From positions 7,484-71,483 of the forward strand of contig JBAZYD010000008.1 in assembly GCA_041659465.1 (NCBI GenBank): a stretch of DNA of 64,000 bases, given 5' to 3'. Of the stretch, positions 59,876-64,000 are shown piece by piece. The notes under the pieces were generated by a model. It was not told where the DNA came from, did not search any database, and saw only the letters and a list, made by a program, of their open reading frames with translations. This stretch comes from Candidatus Micrarchaeia archaeon. Lineage in GTDB: Archaea; Micrarchaeota; Micrarchaeia; Anstonellales; Anstonellaceae. The first letter of the stretch is position 1. Every line of letters begins with the position of its first letter. The position numbers and the translations under genes are program-made.

Positions 59876-61081
59876 ATGGCAATCAAACTCGATTTTTCCC
59901 CAAAGAAAAAATCCGCGTGCGTATCCGAGCCCGAGTCAGTCTCATCGCTTGTGAACGGGCACTACGGCTACATGAAAAAAGGCGTCATCCACCTTTTCCC
60001 CGAGGAGGCGCTGTATCTTATGGACATACGGAACGCGCGCGCGTTCGACTCGTCGCTGAACGAATACCGCTTCAACCACGTGGCCGCCGCCTTTGAGCGC
60101 AAAAAGCAGATGGCGCGCTACTTCACCTACAAGGACTGGCGCGACAGGGGGCTTATTGCGCGGCAGGTGAGCGAAATCTGCGAGCGCTACGGCAGGAACA
60201 ACAGCATCAAATACCCGTCGGGGAATCTCAGGCTTGACAAATACTCCCTAGTCGGCCGCTTCTACCCTGACGACCTGTGGTCCATAATCGACGACGAGGA
60301 AGTCGGCAAGCGCCTGTATGAGGAGCACTGGTTCGGCCAGTTCGGCTCCTACAAGGCCGAGCAGCGCGGCAGGCTTTCCAAGCTTGATGCATACGAGACG
60401 CTTTTCCTCATGCGCCATTCCGGCATGCGCCTGGAAAATGCGGATGAGAGCGGCGTGATTCGCGCCGCCAGGCGCCAGCACAAGGACTTTTTGCACCTGT
60501 ACGAAGTTTACGAGGACTGGCGCCTGCACGGTTTCGTTCTCAAGACAGGCTTCAAGTTCGGCACGCACTTCAGGCTTTACTTCCCGGGCGCCTCGCCGGC
60601 GCGCGAGGGCAAGGAATGGATTCACAGCAAGCACGTGGTGCACTGCTTCCCCCGCGCAAGCAAGCTGCTCATATCCGAGTGGGCGCGCGCAATCCGCGTT
60701 GCGCACTCTGTGAAAAAGACATTCCTTCTTGCGATACCTGGCGAGGCGAAAAAGAAAGCGAAGGCAACTGCAAAGAAGGCAAAGGCGGAATCGGCAGATC
60801 TCCACACCGCTCTTGATTTCCTCCTCTACCACCGCCAGCACGGCGGCATCGAGAACCCGAAAACCGGCAAGCCCAAATACCTGATGTTCTCGCTTTCCGA
60901 GGAGGAGCACATAGGCGGCGAGGAGCTTGCGGATGCAATCGCGCAGTGCAAGCGGATTGGGCTTGAGCTGCTGCTTGCTATCTGCGACCGCGAAACATCT
61001 GTCACATACTACCTGGTGAAAAGGCTCGAGGTGCCTGGGAGCACGCGCGAGTACTACGAAATAGAGTGGGTGCAGCCTTAA
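59876..61081 (+). CDS. endA: tRNA splicing endonuclease, long three-unit form
   Basis: 401 aa. The catalytic unit is YEDWRLHGFVLKTGFKFGTHFRLY...HSKHVVH...VKKTFLLAI. An N-terminal extra unit (LFPEEALYLMD...YFTYKDWRDRGLIA) and a C-terminal extra unit (GLELLLAICDRETSVTYYLV) flank it. Confidence 0.85.
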   Translation: MAIKLDFSPKKKSACVSEPESVSSLVNGHYGYMKKGVIHLFPEEALYLMDIRNARAFDSSLNEYRFNHVAAAFERKKQMARYFTYKDWRDRGLIARQVSEICERYGRNNSIKYPSGNLRLDKYSLVGRFYPDDLWSIIDDEEVGKRLYEEHWFGQFGSYKAEQRGRLSKLDAYETLFLMRHSGMRLENADESGVIRAARRQHKDFLHLYEVYEDWRLHGFVLKTGFKFGTHFRLYFPGASPAREGKEWIHSKHVVHCFPRASKLLISEWARAIRVAHSVKKTFLLAIPGEAKKKAKATAKKAKAESADLHTALDFLLYHRQHGGIENPKTGKPKYLMFSLSEEEHIGGEELADAIAQCKRIGLELLLAICDRETSVTYYLVKRLEVPGSTREYYEIEWVQP

Positions 61082-62016
61082 TTCTTCACTTCTGGGTGCA
61101 GCCTCAGAAGCTCGGACATCTTATCCTTGTATTCAAAGTCATTCGGCGAAAGCACCAGCGCCGTCTTCAGGTAGGCATACGCATTGGCATAATCTTTCCT
61201 CGCCATCTTGACTTTATAGAATTGGTAATGCAGCATATCATCCACCATGTCCAGCCCAAGCCCGCGGTTTAGGTCATTTTCCGCACCATTGAAGTCCTTC
61301 AACTGGGTCTTGAACAATGCCCGGTTGTAGTATAGCCTTGCAACTCCTGGCGCCAATGCGATTGCCGTGTCCGCCAGGGCGATGGCGACCTCTGGCGATC
61401 CTCCCCTGTACTTTTTCAGGGCAAGATTGTTGTAAACAACAAACGACGCCGTCTTCACATCATCCGTCTCAAGGCATATCGGGCCGTACTTGCTTTCTAA
61501 CGATGCCTTATTCACCGGATCAAAGGAGCCTGCTATATCGGCGTAATATTTGCCATCCAGCATAAGCAGCATATGGTCGCGGGTAAAGACAAATGAAACA
61601 CGGTAGCCCCTCATGCTGGCGATTTGCGCCCCGACAAAGCAACCCCTGTCGCAGTCATAGTCGCCTGCCATAACTCCCTCAAAAAGGGCATAATTTATGT
61701 TGGTTCCTCCTGTTTTCAAAGAGCGCCTGAGAAAATCGAAAAATCCAGCATAATCCGCATACGGTATGCTTTTGGATCCGTCAAAAAGCCGCCCCACCAG
61801 CTTGACTACTGTGTCCCTGGTGCTGGCAATGTAATATCCATTCCTTTCCTCAATCCCCAGGCGATAAAGAGGGGGAGGGGCATCTTTGAACTTTGCCCAT
61901 TCCTTATTATCGCCGGGCTTAGGCGCTTCAATCACTCTCGCGCTGGCGTATTGGGCCTTAAGCGGTGACAGGCCAGCTGCCACAAAAGCAACAGTCAGTG
62001 CCACTCGCCCAGCCAT
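61078..62016 (-). CDS. secreted protein with possible transglutaminase-like core and C-terminal TPR-like repeats
   Basis: The ATG at 62016 gives the signal peptide MAGRVALTVAFVAAGLSPLKAQ. It contains GDYDCDRGCF...TRDHMLLML and a TPR-like C-terminus. AT-richer than its neighbours. Confidence 0.45.
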   Translation of the reverse strand: MAGRVALTVAFVAAGLSPLKAQYASARVIEAPKPGDNKEWAKFKDAPPPLYRLGIEERNGYYIASTRDTVVKLVGRLFDGSKSIPYADYAGFFDFLRRSLKTGGTNINYALFEGVMAGDYDCDRGCFVGAQIASMRGYRVSFVFTRDHMLLMLDGKYYADIAGSFDPVNKASLESKYGPICLETDDVKTASFVVYNNLALKKYRGGSPEVAIALADTAIALAPGVARLYYNRALFKTQLKDFNGAENDLNRGLGLDMVDDMLHYQFYKVKMARKDYANAYAYLKTALVLSPNDFEYKDKMSELLRLHPEVKN

Positions 62017-62039
62017 TCCCACAAAATTCACCAAAGCAG

Positions 62040-62735
62040 CTACTTCTTTACTGTTTTAGCCGGTATGTAATCAACGCTCATCCCATTGAGGTTATAGTTG
62101 CTGGCTTTTCCATATTCAGAGCCATCGTCATTCCTGGGCACAGTCTTGTATGCCGCGTTGTCCAAGTGTTTGGAAGGCAAGTCGTTCTGGGGGTGCGTGT
62201 TGTCTGTAATGTATGGGCTTCCTCCGAGTTCTCCCCTTCCAATCCTGGAAAATTGTGTCAAAGGCTCGAGCACAGGGTATTTTTTTACCAGGGCAAATGC
62301 CTTTGCCGCCGAATCCTCATCCGGCTTATATCCTGCCCCCTTTCCGCCCAGCTGCAGGTAAATGTCCCTGGGCCCGGGCATTGTCGCGCTTGTTGAGAAT
62401 TCACTCTTTGCAGTGAACATTTTAACCTTGGAAATGACCTCTGTCTGATAGGCAGTTATGCTCCTTATGAGGATTTCCCTGTCCTTGGGCTCTATATTCG
62501 GGTCAATGTTGATTTCATTCTTCACTTTTTCGCATGTTGCAAGCACAGTATTCAGATCCTTTATTGCCTTTTCACCCTTGGCATCCTTTCCAGAAATCAG
62601 ATAGGTCTTGCTCCCTTCCACAATCCTGAACTCTGCAACGGTGTTATAGGTCTGGAGTTTATTTGATTTAACCTCAAATTCCGGCAAGTTCCTCTTGAAT
62701 GCAATCGGTTTTGCTTCCACCTGAAACGTCAACAT
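62040..62735 (-). CDS. hypothetical protein
   Basis: 231 aa. The ATG is preceded by AGGAGG 7 nt upstream, an SD-led start unlike most genes here. AT-richer than its neighbours. Confidence 0.45.
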   Translation of the reverse strand: MLTFQVEAKPIAFKRNLPEFEVKSNKLQTYNTVAEFRIVEGSKTYLISGKDAKGEKAIKDLNTVLATCEKVKNEINIDPNIEPKDREILIRSITAYQTEVISKVKMFTAKSEFSTSATMPGPRDIYLQLGGKGAGYKPDEDSAAKAFALVKKYPVLEPLTQFSRIGRGELGGSPYITDNTHPQNDLPSKHLDNAAYKTVPRNDDGSEYGKASNYNLNGMSVDYIPAKTVKK

Positions 62736-62813
62736 AATCCCGCCTCCTATGCCTGATAGCCTTGAATTGTGGTATTTATATGGATATCAAGGTATTTAAA
62801 CCCTCGCTTCGCC

Positions 62814-63743
62814 TCAAGCAAGCGCCGCCATCACCTTCTTGACAAGCGCCTTGCTTCCCATGTAAAGCGGCACGCGCGCGTCCACGTCCTTGTCGGCAAC
62901 GTCGAGAAGGGAGCACTCCCCAGACCAGCTCGCGCCGCCGGCTTGCTCCATCAGGAATGCCATGGGCTGCGCCTCGTAATATAGGCGGAGCTTGCCCTTT
63001 GCGCTTTTCGCGGTGGACGGGTAGGCGAATATGCCTCCCCTGTGGAGCACCTGTGAAAAGTCGGCCACAAAAGTGCCGGAATAGCGCGCCTTCATCCTTT
63101 CGTTCTTGAACAGGCCCTTGCCGAATTTCAGGAACTGCGGGCTCCAGTCCATCGGGTCGCCCCCCAATCCGAAAACCTCTCCTGGCTCAGGCACCTTCAT
63201 ATTGCCCGCAAGAAGCAAAAACTGCGCATGCCCTTCCCCGTCATAATGCTTGACGAATTCATGCGTCCCCTTTCCCGTGGTATAGACAAACGTGTTCACA
63301 GGCCCGTAAAGCTTGTAGAATGCAGCCACCAGCTTCCTGCCTTTCTGCGGCAGGTCATCCCGGTAAACCCCCACAATGGTGCCGAATGCGTTGTTGCTCA
63401 CGATGTTCGAGCTCCCATCCAGCGGGTCCATGGCGACCACGAACGGCGCAAGGGCGTGCCCGAGCAGGGGCTCTTTCAGCTCCTCGGAGTAAACCTTGCG
63501 CACCAGCCCGGTTTTCAGCAGGCAGTCGCACAAATAGCCGTTCACCCACTCGTCAAGCTTCGCCACGGCTTCGCCGTACTTGTTCGGCTCCCCCATGGTG
63601 CCGCGCAGGTATTTTGGGAACTGGTGCTGCGCGTCGAGCGCCACAAAGGCGAACGATATTATGAGCCTGCGCAGGTCCAGCGGCACCTCCTCGCGCTTGA
63701 GATGCTGCGAAAGCGTGACGACTTCCTCGGGTTTTTTGGCCAT
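62814..63743 (-). CDS. fbp: fructose-1,6-bisphosphatase class I
   Basis: VAMDPLDGSSNI and LRLYYEAQPMAFLMEQAGG. ATG at 63743. Confidence 0.85.
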   Translation of the reverse strand: MAKKPEEVVTLSQHLKREEVPLDLRRLIISFAFVALDAQHQFPKYLRGTMGEPNKYGEAVAKLDEWVNGYLCDCLLKTGLVRKVYSEELKEPLLGHALAPFVVAMDPLDGSSNIVSNNAFGTIVGVYRDDLPQKGRKLVAAFYKLYGPVNTFVYTTGKGTHEFVKHYDGEGHAQFLLLAGNMKVPEPGEVFGLGGDPMDWSPQFLKFGKGLFKNERMKARYSGTFVADFSQVLHRGGIFAYPSTAKSAKGKLRLYYEAQPMAFLMEQAGGASWSGECSLLDVADKDVDARVPLYMGSKALVKKVMAALA

Positions 63744-63753
63744 GCAATTCCCC

Positions 63754-64000
63754 CTACCTGTAAACAATCTTCTTGATTTCTTCCGCAATTTTCATGGGGT
63801 CGTCGTGCTGCCACACGTTCCTGCCCACTGCCATGCCCACGCCGCCAGCGGCAAGCACCTCCTTTACCTTTGCGCAGAATTCCGAGTCGCTCTGCTTGCT
63901 TCCGCCCGCGGAAATCACCTTGCACCTGCCTGCCGCGGCAACCACTTTCGAAAACCCGTCCACGCTGCCGGTGTAATTCACCTTCACGATGTCCGCGCCA
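63754..64000 (-). CDS. class I fructose-bisphosphate aldolase (DhnA/FbaB type), 5' part outside window
   Basis: The C-terminal 81 aa are visible, including VKVNYTGSVDGF and GMAVGRNVWQ. The frame is open to the window edge. Confidence 0.7.
   Translation of the reverse strand, partial: GADIVKVNYTGSVDGFSKVVAAAGRCKVISAGGSKQSDSEFCAKVKEVLAAGGVGMAVGRNVWQHDDPMKIAEEIKKIVYR

Noticed and set aside
1-64000. Search for rRNA, CRISPR arrays, IS elements, transposases and integrases
   Set aside because: None was recognised on either strand. The only mobile-element-like signal is the 42-bp direct-repeat cassette, which lacks a recombinase.

Overview
GC-rich, tightly packed archaeal chromosome segment. GC was judged by eye, not computed. 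Archaeal identity rests on gatD/gatE, GGGP synthase, GGPP synthase, TFE, aTrm56, Taw1, the RFC large subunit, tRNA splicing endonuclease, an archaeal-type initiator tRNA and intron-containing tRNAs. The tiny intergenic spacers, the three-unit EndA and the many lipobox surface proteins suggest a small-genome DPANN-like (Micrarchaeota-like) lineage; this is inference only. About 75 CDS and 3 tRNAs are supported. No rRNA, CRISPR array, transposase or integrase was seen. Housekeeping content: PRPP synthetase, dTMP kinase, TsaC, DRG and YchF-like GTPases, membrane pyrophosphatase, topoisomerase IA, RecJ-like DHH protein, class I FBPase and class I FBP aldolase. Main points for follow-up: (1) a HydC-HydB-HydA trimeric [FeFe]-hydrogenase operon in an archaeal context; (2) a bacterial-type L,D-transpeptidase-like lipoprotein next to a 1254-aa multidomain predicted cell-wall hydrolase; (3) an RNA-splicing theme made of a tRNA-Val with a 41-nt D-arm intron, a tRNA-Lys with a canonical intron, a three-unit EndA, a second short EndA-like paralog and a structured RNA element just upstream of that paralog; (4) a gatD-gatE operon extended by an asparaginase-domain-only protein and a 53-aa copy of the GatE C-terminal tail; (5) a legumain/caspase-like peptidase cassette bounded by perfect 42-bp direct repeats; (6) six divergent gene pairs that each share one central TATA box with 52-54 bp start-to-start spacing, implying leaderless bidirectional promoters; (7) an accessory block at about 23.0-31.9 kb with a small FtsK/HerA-type ATPase, tandem palindromes, an AT-rich island and a cluster of lipoproteins carrying a repeated 4-Cys module and a Kazal-like domain; (8) an AT-rich island flanked by G-rich inverted repeats beside tRNAi-Met. 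All functional calls come from reading motifs in the translations. No database search was possible.
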